A stretch of 64,000 nt of DNA, from positions 682,001 to 746,000 of the forward strand of contig CDRNVI010000044.1 of the NCBI GenBank assembly GCA_977017575.1. Reading direction: 5' to 3'. Positions 43,937 through 53,605 of the stretch are shown in pieces. The notes under the pieces were generated by a model that was not told where the DNA came from, ran no database searches, and saw nothing but the letters and a program-made list of their open reading frames with translations. Origin of the DNA: Paramoeba atlantica (lineage: Eukaryota > Protista > Discosea). The first letter of the stretch is position 1. Every line of letters begins with the position of its first letter. The translations under genes and the position numbers were made by a program.

Positions 43937-46900
43937 TTACTTTGGGCTCTTTGTGTCGCTTTTCACTGATGCGCGTATTTGTTTGAGCAATTGCTGCGAC
44001 TCAGCTCGGTTTTGCAGTATGAGTGATAGGAACGAGCGCTTGCTTTCCTTGGCCTTGGGGTTCTCAATCAAAGCAAGGGGAGTATCGAACTCAATTACCT
44101 GTCCCGCGTCAAGCACCATGATGCGATCCGCGTCCACCACAGTGTGTATGCGGTGTGCAATCAGCAGCACTGTACGTCCGGAAAATGCAGTGCGAATCAT
44201 TTCTTGAATCAGTCGATCCGTCTGGGGGTCGACGGATGCCGTGGCCTCATCCAGAACAAGAATCTTACTGTCCCGCAGCAGTGCCCGAGCAAGACAGAGT
44301 AGTTGTTTCTGACCAACGCTAAAGTTTGATCCCTCCTCTTCTACCCCGTGTTCCAAATCAAATTGGGTCAAGGAAGCGCGTGCAAGAGCGTGTTTCAGGT
44401 CCTCATCCTGGTGTTTGTCAAATGGATCCAAGTTGGACCGAATTGTGCCACCGAACAAAATCGGATCCTGAGGAATGATAGCCAGCGAAGAACGCAATCG
44501 CTCTAAATTCAGAGTTGAAATATCCACGTCATCAATCAGGATGCACCCAGAGCTAAGCTCAACCATGCGATAAAGAGCTAAAAAGAGAGAACTTTTTCCA
44601 GATCCCGTTCTACCTACTACACCAATCTTTTCTCCTGGGTGTATTGTGAGGGAAACATCCGTGAGAACGAGTGGTAATTCGGAGCGATATCGCATGGATA
44701 CGTTCTGAAATACGATCCCTCCAACAGTTGGCCAGTTGGTAGCGGGTTGGCATCCGGATCCAAACATATTTTCCGTGGGGAGACCAATATACTCCAAAAC
44801 CCGTTCCACAGCTGTGAACGATTTCTCAGCTTCTGAGGAAACGAAAATAATGATGCTCATGTTTGCAGTCATTCGAAACGCGTACGTTAATGCGAAGCCC
44901 ACAAGTTCTGCTCCAAGCGCATTTCGCGCATTAACAGTAAATAATGACACTGCAAGAATGACTAAGACACCAAGTGCCTCCAGTCGCATGTTTAGCCACC
45001 GATTTGCACACATAGAAGCAAGTACAAACTTTTGATTGTGATCCATCAGGCGTGAGAACTTGTTCTTAATGAAAGCCTCCTTGCGATGAGCGCGAATAAG
45101 GCTTACTCCTCGAAGAGTTTCACTGAAAAACGAATACACGGGAGAACGAGACGTGCTTTCTAAGCGCTTGAGTTCTCGAACAGTAGACCTGAAAAAGGAT
45201 TGTACCCAATAAAATACTAGAAGAATTGGTAGCGCCACGGCAAGGAAAAGAGGAACGGCAAAGACTATTGCCCCCACGGTCCCGATTAACATAAAAATAC
45301 ATCGCAGTGTGATATTAAATTGCCAAGTAATACTTGTGTCAATACCTGCTTGGTCCTTTGTCACCCGATTTAGAATTCTTCCAGAAGGCTGAGTGTCAAA
45401 GAATGAAATTGGAAAGCGCACTATGCTTCGCAGCATGCTTTCGTGTAATCTTCGAGCGGCAGTAATACCTATTCGTGAGAGATACAATGCTTTCGTTAAG
45501 TCTATCAATCCTTCTGCAAATCCAAAGAGGGCGTAACCTAAGACCCACCAGTGCAAAATCAAGTTGTATTTAAGTCCAGCCCACATCGCCAACCACCATG
45601 AACTTAAGACGCTTAGAGCTTGACTTAAAGTGAAAAGAACGAGTATGAATATTAATACCCATAGACCTCCAGCAGCTTTAAAGTATGCACGTAGATGAGA
45701 CCATGTAATTGTCGTTCCTGCACGACGGTGTTCCTCATGACTGGTTCCTTTCACTTCTTTGGAGAAAGTTGAAGCGAGTGACATTTCACAGCCTTTATTA
45801 CACTGTTTTTGAGAGGCATCACCAAGGACATTTTCATCGTTTTCGTTATTAGTCATATTTTGATCTCGTACGTCTTCGTGCTCCTTTACAAAGGCAGCGA
45901 AATCATCATTCTGCGCCTTCAGTGCAGCGTATTTACCTTGGCAAAGAATACCTCCATTTTTCATAAATATTACCCAATCAGCACGGTCAGCGCAGTAAAC
46001 ATGGTTTGTTACCATTATCCTAGTCCGATCGCTGATAGCGCCTAATATACAGTCCTGGAAAAGCTGTTTCCCAACTTTTGCGTCCAACGCGGATAGTGGA
46101 TCGTCCAAGAGAACTATGTCGCTCTCAGCATATGCAGCACGAGCGACGCAAATACGCTGCTTTTGCCCACCACTAAGGTTGATGCCTCTTTCTCCAATCA
46201 TCTGCCCCATGCCATCACCCCACTCGCTAACTTCTGAGGCTAGCTGGGACGTGCAGATAGCACACTTCAACTTCTCAATGTCTCTGGGCGAACCAAATAA
46301 AATATTCTCCTCAACTGTACCGTTAATTATAAAAGACTGCTGGGGAACGTACGCAATATTGCCATTCACTGACACACTTCCACACTTCACTGAAATTTCT
46401 CCCAGAATACAATTTAGCAACGAAGACTTTCCGCAACCTGTCTTTCCAAGAATACAAACAAGGTTTCCGGGCTTGGCATCGAAATTGAGATTCCTCATTT
46501 GAAAACCTTTTCCTTTTTCATCAGAGGATTGGAGTTCGACATCAACATTTTTTACAGTGACTGTTCCAACTGGGGCATCCGAAACTTTTACTCGAACTAC
46601 TTCTTCTGCAGTAAGGTATCGGCCAAGACGTTGCAAAGCTATCCGAGCTTCAAGAACGTTGTTGATCGCTCCAGGTAACATCATCATTGGGAATCGGATC
46701 AGATTAAGCAAACTCAATGCTGTAAATGCTTCATTAGCTGTGAGTGGTGCATAACAGGATCGCACAGCAAAAACGACCACTGCCAAAATAATGGGATTGA
46801 GATTAAACAACACAATGTTCAGGCTAGATAAATTTGCCAGGCGCAGGAGCTGTTTTAATTCACGCTTTCGAATTTCGAAGACGCGCTTCAAGCTACTCTC

Positions 46901-48379
46901 TTCCCACGTAAAGAATTTAACAACACGAATACCACCAATAATTTCAGTCATTGATTTAATGCGGCGATCGCTTAATCTGAGAGCATTCTTCCTGCACTTC
47001 GCAACGCTGCGACTTACGAACCCTTGAAAAGGAAAAATAACTATCAAAGAAGCGAAACCAACGAGTGAAGCGTATCCAAGCAACTGATATAGAAAGTACA
47101 GGGCAATGCCAATGCGTAACGGGGCTGACCATAAATAATTTAGATGGTGGTAGACAAATTCCAGCATTTCTGCGTCTACAGTAATGTGATTCATCAAGGC
47201 TCCTGTGCCAATCTCGTCCCGTGCGTCCGGATGTATCACAAGAGCTTTGCGTTGCACTGCATCCGACAGAGATGTTCTTGACTTCAACCCGATGCGATAT
47301 ACTGTGTAAAAATAAGAGTTCTCAAAAGTGGGTAATAAAAAGCTTGTAAAAACCATAAGAATGGTAAGGAAGTATCCAGAGCAATTAGAGGACGAGGCGT
47401 CCGCGTTCTGTATCCATATCAATAACTGGTTAAGGAGTAGCGGTGGTGCAAAGCTACATGCGTCGTACAATGCTTTCCAGGCAAATCCGCATAATATTTC
47501 CCCCCAAAAACATTTCCACAATGTTCCAGTTACACTGGCATGCGTTTTGCGTTTGAGGTGCTCTATCTCCCATAGCGTTTGAAATCGGTCCCGAACTTGT
47601 GTGGTGAACATTCCATCCTGCAACTCATAGACATCACATGGTTGCAACTGACGTCGCCTTCCTACACGTAGCAATGGCTCATACCACATGTACCACATCT
47701 TCGATACCCAGGAGGAATCATCATAGGGATTATCAGGACCTTGTTCTGGTCCACTAACTGCTTCGCGTATCTGGATTACCCCAGATGCCACTTTAGACCA
47801 GTACCCGACGGCTGTGCCCAGTAAGAAAACGACACTAACCGCGGAGCACGAACTTCCAGCTAGTCCCCAATATCCGTGCATCGCTCCCAAACTTGTGGTA
47901 AACCACGAATGGAGCGACAGTATCAGTCGCAAGAGAAGCGGAACCGAGGTCAACAATACGATAAGTCGTAGGTCAAGTGTGAGATGAAATCGTCCAGCGC
48001 GGAATTGGTGCAAGAATATCATGCACCAGTACATCCAAAAGAGCATTAACACGGAATATGATACCAATTTGTAAGCCGCACGGTCAAATATAAGGCTTAG
48101 AGAGACTAGAGTCCCGGAATAAAACAACATGACTATGCCTGCAACAAGAAATGTACCCACGAAAAACGAAGCTCTTCGACTCTTTTTATGCGGAATACGA
48201 CGTTGGGTTGAATAGGCAATCAGTAGTAACCATGCAGCAAGATGACATGACATGAGAAATACTCCATCAAAGGAACAACGTGTCATCCCCAAACAGCTGA
48301 CCCATTTCTCGTCACCTTCAAAAGAAGCGCAATATTGATGTACCCAGGAAGGATCGTGCAACGGACACCAATCTCTCAT
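43937..48379 (-). CDS. ABCC/MRP-type ABC transporter
   Basis: Two TMD-NBD halves; GKTGCGKSSLL, GERGINLSGGQKQR, GRTGSGKSSL and NFSVGQKQLLCLARALL. Confidence 0.96.
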   Translation of the reverse strand: MRDWCPLHDPSWVHQYCASFEGDEKWVSCLGMTRCSFDGVFLMSCHLAAWLLLIAYSTQRRIPHKKSRRASFFVGTFLVAGIVMLFYSGTLVSLSLIFDRAAYKLVSYSVLMLFWMYWCMIFLHQFRAGRFHLTLDLRLIVLLTSVPLLLRLILSLHSWFTTSLGAMHGYWGLAGSSCSAVSVVFLLGTAVGYWSKVASGVIQIREAVSGPEQGPDNPYDDSSWVSKMWYMWYEPLLRVGRRRQLQPCDVYELQDGMFTTQVRDRFQTLWEIEHLKRKTHASVTGTLWKCFWGEILCGFAWKALYDACSFAPPLLLNQLLIWIQNADASSSNCSGYFLTILMVFTSFLLPTFENSYFYTVYRIGLKSRTSLSDAVQRKALVIHPDARDEIGTGALMNHITVDAEMLEFVYHHLNYLWSAPLRIGIALYFLYQLLGYASLVGFASLIVIFPFQGFVSRSVAKCRKNALRLSDRRIKSMTEIIGGIRVVKFFTWEESSLKRVFEIRKRELKQLLRLANLSSLNIVLFNLNPIILAVVVFAVRSCYAPLTANEAFTALSLLNLIRFPMMMLPGAINNVLEARIALQRLGRYLTAEEVVRVKVSDAPVGTVTVKNVDVELQSSDEKGKGFQMRNLNFDAKPGNLVCILGKTGCGKSSLLNCILGEISVKCGSVSVNGNIAYVPQQSFIINGTVEENILFGSPRDIEKLKCAICTSQLASEVSEWGDGMGQMIGERGINLSGGQKQRICVARAAYAESDIVLLDDPLSALDAKVGKQLFQDCILGAISDRTRIMVTNHVYCADRADWVIFMKNGGILCQGKYAALKAQNDDFAAFVKEHEDVRDQNMTNNENDENVLGDASQKQCNKGCEMSLASTFSKEVKGTSHEEHRRAGTTITWSHLRAYFKAAGGLWVLIFILVLFTLSQALSVLSSWWLAMWAGLKYNLILHWWVLGYALFGFAEGLIDLTKALYLSRIGITAARRLHESMLRSIVRFPISFFDTQPSGRILNRVTKDQAGIDTSITWQFNITLRCIFMLIGTVGAIVFAVPLFLAVALPILLVFYWVQSFFRSTVRELKRLESTSRSPVYSFFSETLRGVSLIRAHRKEAFIKNKFSRLMDHNQKFVLASMCANRWLNMRLEALGVLVILAVSLFTVNARNALGAELVGFALTYAFRMTANMSIIIFVSSEAEKSFTAVERVLEYIGLPTENMFGSGCQPATNWPTVGGIVFQNVSMRYRSELPLVLTDVSLTIHPGEKIGVVGRTGSGKSSLFLALYRMVELSSGCILIDDVDISTLNLERLRSSLAIIPQDPILFGGTIRSNLDPFDKHQDEDLKHALARASLTQFDLEHGVEEEGSNFSVGQKQLLCLARALLRDSKILVLDEATASVDPQTDRLIQEMIRTAFSGRTVLLIAHRIHTVVDADRIMVLDAGQVIEFDTPLALIENPKAKESKRSFLSLILQNRAESQQLLKQIRASVKSDTKSPK

Positions 48380-48989
48380 GGTGCGCAGATGTCAAATAAG
48401 AGTTAAAAATACTGCAGAGCTTACTTTTCCTTTACTCAGTAAAGTAGTTTACTTTCCTAAATCCCTTAGTTTTAGGCCTCAGACTTAGTCTCAGGCTAAA
48501 TCCTAATCATTCGATCAAAAAATTAATGACTGCTATCAAGTTAGAAAAATTACCGGTGAAACGGTTATTAAGGATAAAAGTAATTAAGGCAGAACGGATT
48601 TAAAAGTTAATTATTGCCTTAATTAAAGTTGCCTTAATTAAAGTGGCGGTGATAAAAGCCCAAAACAGGTCTTATTTAAATATTGTCGTTTATAGAATAA
48701 ATATCACATTTCTGCTAAAAGTGCTCAATTTTTGATCATTTTTCATCTTTTTCGAACTTTTCTAGACGAGCTTCGCCTGTTTCACCTTCCTTTACGGTCT
48801 TCAACCAGTTCAACGTGTGAGAGAAAAGCTAAAACAATCATTGAAAGGAGATGCCTGAGACGGAATCATGAAATTAATTTTTCCCAACTTTTCCCCCAAA
48901 ATGACAAAAAATTAATTAAAAGAAACTGATGAAAAAAGAAAAGATTTTTGTTTGTTGTTATCCCCCTAGACCCCAAACTTCTCCCAGCT

Positions 48990-49036
48990 ATCGTACCCCG
49001 CGGCGGTACAGGACTGGTACCGCCGCGGGGTACGAT
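48990..49036. repeat. Perfect 20-bp GC-rich hairpin; one arm recurs at 63021-63038
   Basis: atcgtaccccgcggcggtac-aggactg-gtaccgccgcggggtacgat. Confidence 0.9.
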
Positions 49037-49272
49037 CTGGGCATTTCCCTTCTGAAAAGAAAGACAAGGACCTTTGGAACAAACCGATACTTCCATACAA
49101 CACCCCCAGAGAGCAAAAATAAGGGAGGCGCCTTTTTGGGGCGCACGGATTTATAATATTCTGACTTGCATCACGAAACCCTTCTCACCACAAAATAAAT
49201 TCATGGTACATGTGAACTAGAATTTTTGGGAATTCGCATTTGAAAAATACGCCTATAGGATAGTAAAAACAC

Positions 49273-49896
49273 TTATCGTCTTATGATGTTGTAAGACTCT
49301 GTAGTAGGCACAATCCCGTCGAGTGAATTCTGGGACAGATTCACAATCAATGTTGAATCAAGCAAATGTCCTACTTGCACAGTACCTGTAAAGTTATTGT
49401 TACTTAAATTCAACTTGCGTAAAGTTTGTGGCATGTTGTCCAATTTAATTTCTCCGGATAGCTGGTTCCCCTGAAGTTCAATCGTCATGATGTCCGATGA
49501 CAACTCGAAAAGATTCAGGTTGCCTGACAGACTGTTGCAATTCAAATATAAACGTTGGAGGGATGTTGGCAAACAAGACAGATTTAGCTCCCCTTTTAAA
49601 TCATTTCGCGATAAATTGATATGAGTAATGGTGGAAGGTAAATCTACCCAAATTAGCGTCCCGCCAAGATTGAAACCCGCCCACTGAATTTCTTGCGCTT
49701 GTTGATGTGCGTTGCACTTGACTCCTTTCCACGAGCACACCGAAACAGGCTTGATCTTTTTCTTAGAAGTTCTTATCGATTTCCAAGTTGCATCGCTATG
49801 TGCGAAAGGTTGCACAAAAGCAAGAAACTGAACTTCAGCTGGAAGAAGAGAAGCCGAAACTTTACCACGGTGAATTTTTCGTATAGAATCGTCCAT
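49273..49896 (-). CDS. Short leucine-rich repeat protein, paralogue of 37241-38128
   Basis: VCSWKGVKCNAHQQAQEIQW cap; LPSTITHINLSRNDLKGELNLSCLP repeats. Confidence 0.85.
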   Translation of the reverse strand: MDDSIRKIHRGKVSASLLPAEVQFLAFVQPFAHSDATWKSIRTSKKKIKPVSVCSWKGVKCNAHQQAQEIQWAGFNLGGTLIWVDLPSTITHINLSRNDLKGELNLSCLPTSLQRLYLNCNSLSGNLNLFELSSDIMTIELQGNQLSGEIKLDNMPQTLRKLNLSNNNFTGTVQVGHLLDSTLIVNLSQNSLDGIVPTTESYNIIRR

Positions 49897-50022
49897 TAGG
49901 CAAAACCAGTACTATAAAATAAATTCTAGTTCACTTAGCAGATTCTTCGTCTTACAAAATCGAACGAGGTCAACAAATTTGCAGAAAGTAAATTAAACGT
50001 TCTAAATAAGTGATATACACTG

Positions 50023-51041
50023 GGTGGATTGTCAATGTCAGTGCAACAAATTGTCATACTCAGTGCAACAAAATAATAATAATTGTCATACTTAGCGCAA
50101 AAAAAGGTTAATTTCTGCATAATACACTTCATATACTAATTTCTGCATAATTCACTTCATTCACGCCAAAGTACAAAAGATTATCCGAAAACAATCGTAA
50201 AGACATGCAAACGATGTTTGAAAGTGGCACCACGAAGAGGGAAATTGCCCGATCGATTGATAAGTCGCCAACAGGAAAAGAGGATAAGGCACGCAGCAGG
50301 AAAAGAGGTGGGCAATACCGTTCTAGCCGTGCCCATCGTGTTGCCAAGAGACAACTGGTTAATAAAGGGACCAGACCACGTCTAATTCGAGCCAGTCTTG
50401 TAAAAAAGGGTAAAGACCCGTCTCCGAAAGCTTCACAGCCCGGATCAGGTTGCTAATACACTTGTTGTCGGATCACAAGGTTCACCATCCAATTCCACAA
50501 TCTATCTGTTTGTTCGTCGAGACAAAGACAATGGGGGGAAGATTCACAAGTGCCTCCGGATCCGGGGACCGTACTATACATGAAAGCAGTAAGTTGTATA
50601 GCCGTAAGTTGTATAGCCGTAAGTTGTAAAGCAGTAAGTTGTAAAGCAGTAAAGGCGAAGAGTTCATCTCTTTACTAAAGAAACGCGTTATGTTGTTCTG
50701 TCAATATCGACTACAGTATGCATCTCCAGCTACTCCTTTTTTCTTCTCCAAGGAGACTGTGCAGCTAACCAGTGCCATCTCGTGCCGTCTTGTGCCAATT
50801 CATGCCAACCAAGACTTGCTCAGTCTCCAGGGAGACTGTATTAATTTTTTTTCTTAATCCATTATTTCTTTCTTAACATGTCTCATACAATCCCGCGTCC
50901 GTTCGTGGTGCTGTCCGACCGAAAAAACAGTGTTACACTGAGTACGCGAAAATCCTGACATCCGGAACACATCCATATTTTTCTCATTTTCGTTGCACCG
51001 AGTATGACAAAAAGGTCTTGCACTGAGCATGACGATCCACA
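50023..51041 (+). mobile_element. IS30-like DNA transposon with TIRs, short TSD and decayed transposase
   Basis: Left end ggtggattgtcaatgtcagtgcaaca; right end ttgcactgagcatgacgatccac; flanks CTG/CTG; transposase relic 50163-50583 reads KYKRLSENNRKDMQTMFESGTTKREIARSIDKSP..GQYRSSRAHRVAKR and, after a frameshift, VKTRLRKLHSPDQVANTL..SNSTIYLFVRRDKDNGGKIHKCLR. Confidence 0.82.
50584..50651. repeat. 15-bp tandem repeat (aagcagtaagttgta variants) inside the IS30-like element
   Basis: About 4.5 units visible, at the point where the transposase frame breaks. Confidence 0.88.
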
Positions 51042-51202
51042 CTGCAACAAGAAAGAAAGAGCAAAACGCTAATGATCAAACAAAGCAGACCTAAAAGAAA
51101 AATGTACGCAACTATGTTCAGATGTCGAATAGTTATCAGATAGCTTGAGTTGCAGCATAGGAACAGTAAAGAGGATAGTGCAAGCGCATCAGACCAAGCA
51201 AG

Positions 51203-53362
51203 TCACGTCTTCTCCTCGCTCTCTGGAGTTGCTCCCGATTCAGCAAGACTGCAGCACCCGTAGATACGATCCCAATCTCGGTATCGACCGACCTCCTCCG
51301 CAGAAACCGTTGGGCGAATCACGCGACACGCTTTGTGAAAGTCTTCCCGAGTAATCGGGCGTACCTGTTCGACCGACAGCTCGCACAAACCAAGACGGCC
51401 ACAATCGCGCAGTGGGTACATGGCTGCCTCACGACAAAGTGTCTTAAGGTCCGCCCCACTGTACCCCTGTGTCTGCTCAACTACCTGAGTCAAGTCCTCC
51501 ACCGAGAGGTCATGCGAGTTGTGCCGCAACAAACGCAGAATAAGCTGGGAGCGGGAATCCTTATCAGGAAGGGCGATATAAATCCGACGTTCCAATCGCC
51601 TTCTCGCGGCCTCATCGAGCTCCGCCGGGCGGTTCGTGGCACCAACGATCAAAACCTTTTCGCCGGTATCGGTGGCGGCGCCATCGAGCTGCACCAGGAA
51701 CTCCGTTTTCACCCGTCGCACGGCATCCATTTCCCCCTCCGCGCGAGAGGACAACAGGGAGTCAATTTCATCAATAAAAACAACACTAGGCTGACGCACT
51801 GCGGCTACGGCAAACAGACAGCGCACAAGTTTCTCTCCTTCCCCGACCCACTTCGACATCAGACTGGAGCTGCTAATGTTAAAAAACGTACACCCAGTTT
51901 GGCTCGCGACGGCTTTTGCTAGCATCGTTTTCCCCGTACCCGGGGGGCCGAACAGCAGAACCCCTTTCGGAGGTCCACGCAGCCCTGTAAAGATATCCGG
52001 CCGCAGCATCGGCCATACAATGATCTCCTCCATCAGCTGTTTTGCGTCACAGAGCCCCGCAATGTCGTCCCAGGTGACTTGAGGGGTGGAATCCATCACT
52101 TCATGGGTGATGGTGAGAACCAAGTTGGGGTCACACCCCGTGAGTCGGGGGTGCAGCCCCGACCCATCGGGGAGTAGAAGATCGGGTGGGAGGCGAGAAA
52201 GCTCGGTGTTTTCGGTTTCATCGTGCGAGGAAGTTTTTGTACCCGGTAATGCAGACGGGTCGGTTATGTTTCCGGCCTCCGTAATAGGGTAAACGTCGGG
52301 ATTTGGAGAATCGGATTTCGCGAAAGGCGGATTATACGCCAAGCGAGAGAGTCCCAGGCGACGTTGTCCCGCATTGTGCTGGTTTACCCCGCGGCGCAAG
52401 GCTTGTGTTTCGACTAATGCCTCAGCGGCTGTTTGAAAACCACTCTGTGGCCGGGAAGGTGGATCGTTTGCTTCTGTGGAGGCGCTGGAAATAGGTTCTT
52501 TTTTTGATCGTTTGTCGTCGAAATTAATTCTTTTTTCAGTTCTTCGCAGAGCAGGAATATCAGTAGGAATTCGAAGATTATTTTTAGGCAGAAACGTTCC
52601 GGGGTCCGAAGTCAAATTTGTAGGAGTATTATTCAGTTCAATCTCTGCATTTTCTATTGAAATACCAGAACTTTCGCAAGTTTCTTTATCTGATTCACGA
52701 AGTGTTAATCGGATGAAATCGCGTTTCTCTACAGATTCAGACGCGGCGATGTCTTTTCCAGGTATATCTGTCGCTTCTACTGGTTCACTGACATGTTCGC
52801 TAACAACAGGTGTGTCTAGTTGATCAAATGATGCTGAAAGATAAAATATTCCATTTAAGAGATATTCTGGATCCTTATCAGCACCAGGACAAACATCCGC
52901 CAAGCATGTCCAATCGAAGCTAAACTTTGAGTCGGAAGAATCGTCCTCTTCCACGCTATTTTGTGCCCTGTTTAAAATATTTTGACCACTCTCAAATGTG
53001 GTTAATGAATGTACGCACTCAGCAAAGGCGTTTAGAAACTCGTATAAGACATGCGACGGCGCTCCACATGTTGTAGAGGATAGAGTCTCACGTAACGTTT
53101 CACCGGACCATTTCTCCAAATCGGTCGTTGTTTCTTCTAGTACATCTCTACGGAGGTCCTGTATTGAGCTATACAAATGATTTGGTTGAGATACGTCCGA
53201 GATAGCAGAATTTTCAGTCAGTTTGGTGATACACTCCACAGCCCGTTGACACGCGAAAAAACCGTCACAGTATTCCGAGAACTTCATGCGACTTTCCATA
53301 TAGCCTGACAAATTACATATGCGTGAGTACCAAACTGAAAAATATGTAAAAATACATAGCAC
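51203..53362 (-). CDS. Fidgetin-like AAA+ ATPase (FIGNL1-like)
   Basis: GPPKGVLLFGPPGTGKTMLAKAVA, SSLMSKWVGEGEKLVR, FIDEIDSLL, GATNRP.ELDEAARRR and upstream FQTA motif; true start probably MESRMKF. Confidence 0.9.
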   Translation of the reverse strand: MLCIFTYFSVWYSRICNLSGYMESRMKFSEYCDGFFACQRAVECITKLTENSAISDVSQPNHLYSSIQDLRRDVLEETTTDLEKWSGETLRETLSSTTCGAPSHVLYEFLNAFAECVHSLTTFESGQNILNRAQNSVEEDDSSDSKFSFDWTCLADVCPGADKDPEYLLNGIFYLSASFDQLDTPVVSEHVSEPVEATDIPGKDIAASESVEKRDFIRLTLRESDKETCESSGISIENAEIELNNTPTNLTSDPGTFLPKNNLRIPTDIPALRRTEKRINFDDKRSKKEPISSASTEANDPPSRPQSGFQTAAEALVETQALRRGVNQHNAGQRRLGLSRLAYNPPFAKSDSPNPDVYPITEAGNITDPSALPGTKTSSHDETENTELSRLPPDLLLPDGSGLHPRLTGCDPNLVLTITHEVMDSTPQVTWDDIAGLCDAKQLMEEIIVWPMLRPDIFTGLRGPPKGVLLFGPPGTGKTMLAKAVASQTGCTFFNISSSSLMSKWVGEGEKLVRCLFAVAAVRQPSVVFIDEIDSLLSSRAEGEMDAVRRVKTEFLVQLDGAATDTGEKVLIVGATNRPAELDEAARRRLERRIYIALPDKDSRSQLILRLLRHNSHDLSVEDLTQVVEQTQGYSGADLKTLCREAAMYPLRDCGRLGLCELSVEQVRPITREDFHKACRVIRPTVSAEEVGRYRDWDRIYGCCSLAESGATPESEEKT

Positions 53363-53388
53363 AAATATCTAAGTAGATAGTCAAATCA

Positions 53389-53529
53389 CACCCCTGCCGG
53401 GTCGATGGGTAATTACCCATTAGCGGGTCTGTGCGGGTAAATTACCCGGGTCTGTGACCCAGTTACCCGCACCGAGTTACCCAGTTAGTGTGACCCAGTT
53501 ACCCACACAGACCCGCATCGGCGCACTAG
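53389..53529. repeat. Short element built of ttaccc/acccg repeats, possible hAT-type MITE
   Basis: Multiple agttaccc, gacccagttaccc and gggtctgtg units in both orientations; termini only loosely inverted. Confidence 0.4.
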
Positions 53530-53605
53530 CCATTAAATACAAAATGATTTCCTCTCAAGTGTGCTGATTCGTAGGATTGGCACGGAATGCTCTATGTACA
53601 GAAAT

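Noticed and set aside
50854-51042. PHD-finger-like reading on the minus strand (HAQC...WMCSGC)
   Set aside because: It needs frame changes and overlaps the reiterated right-end motifs of the IS30-like element, which explain the sequence.
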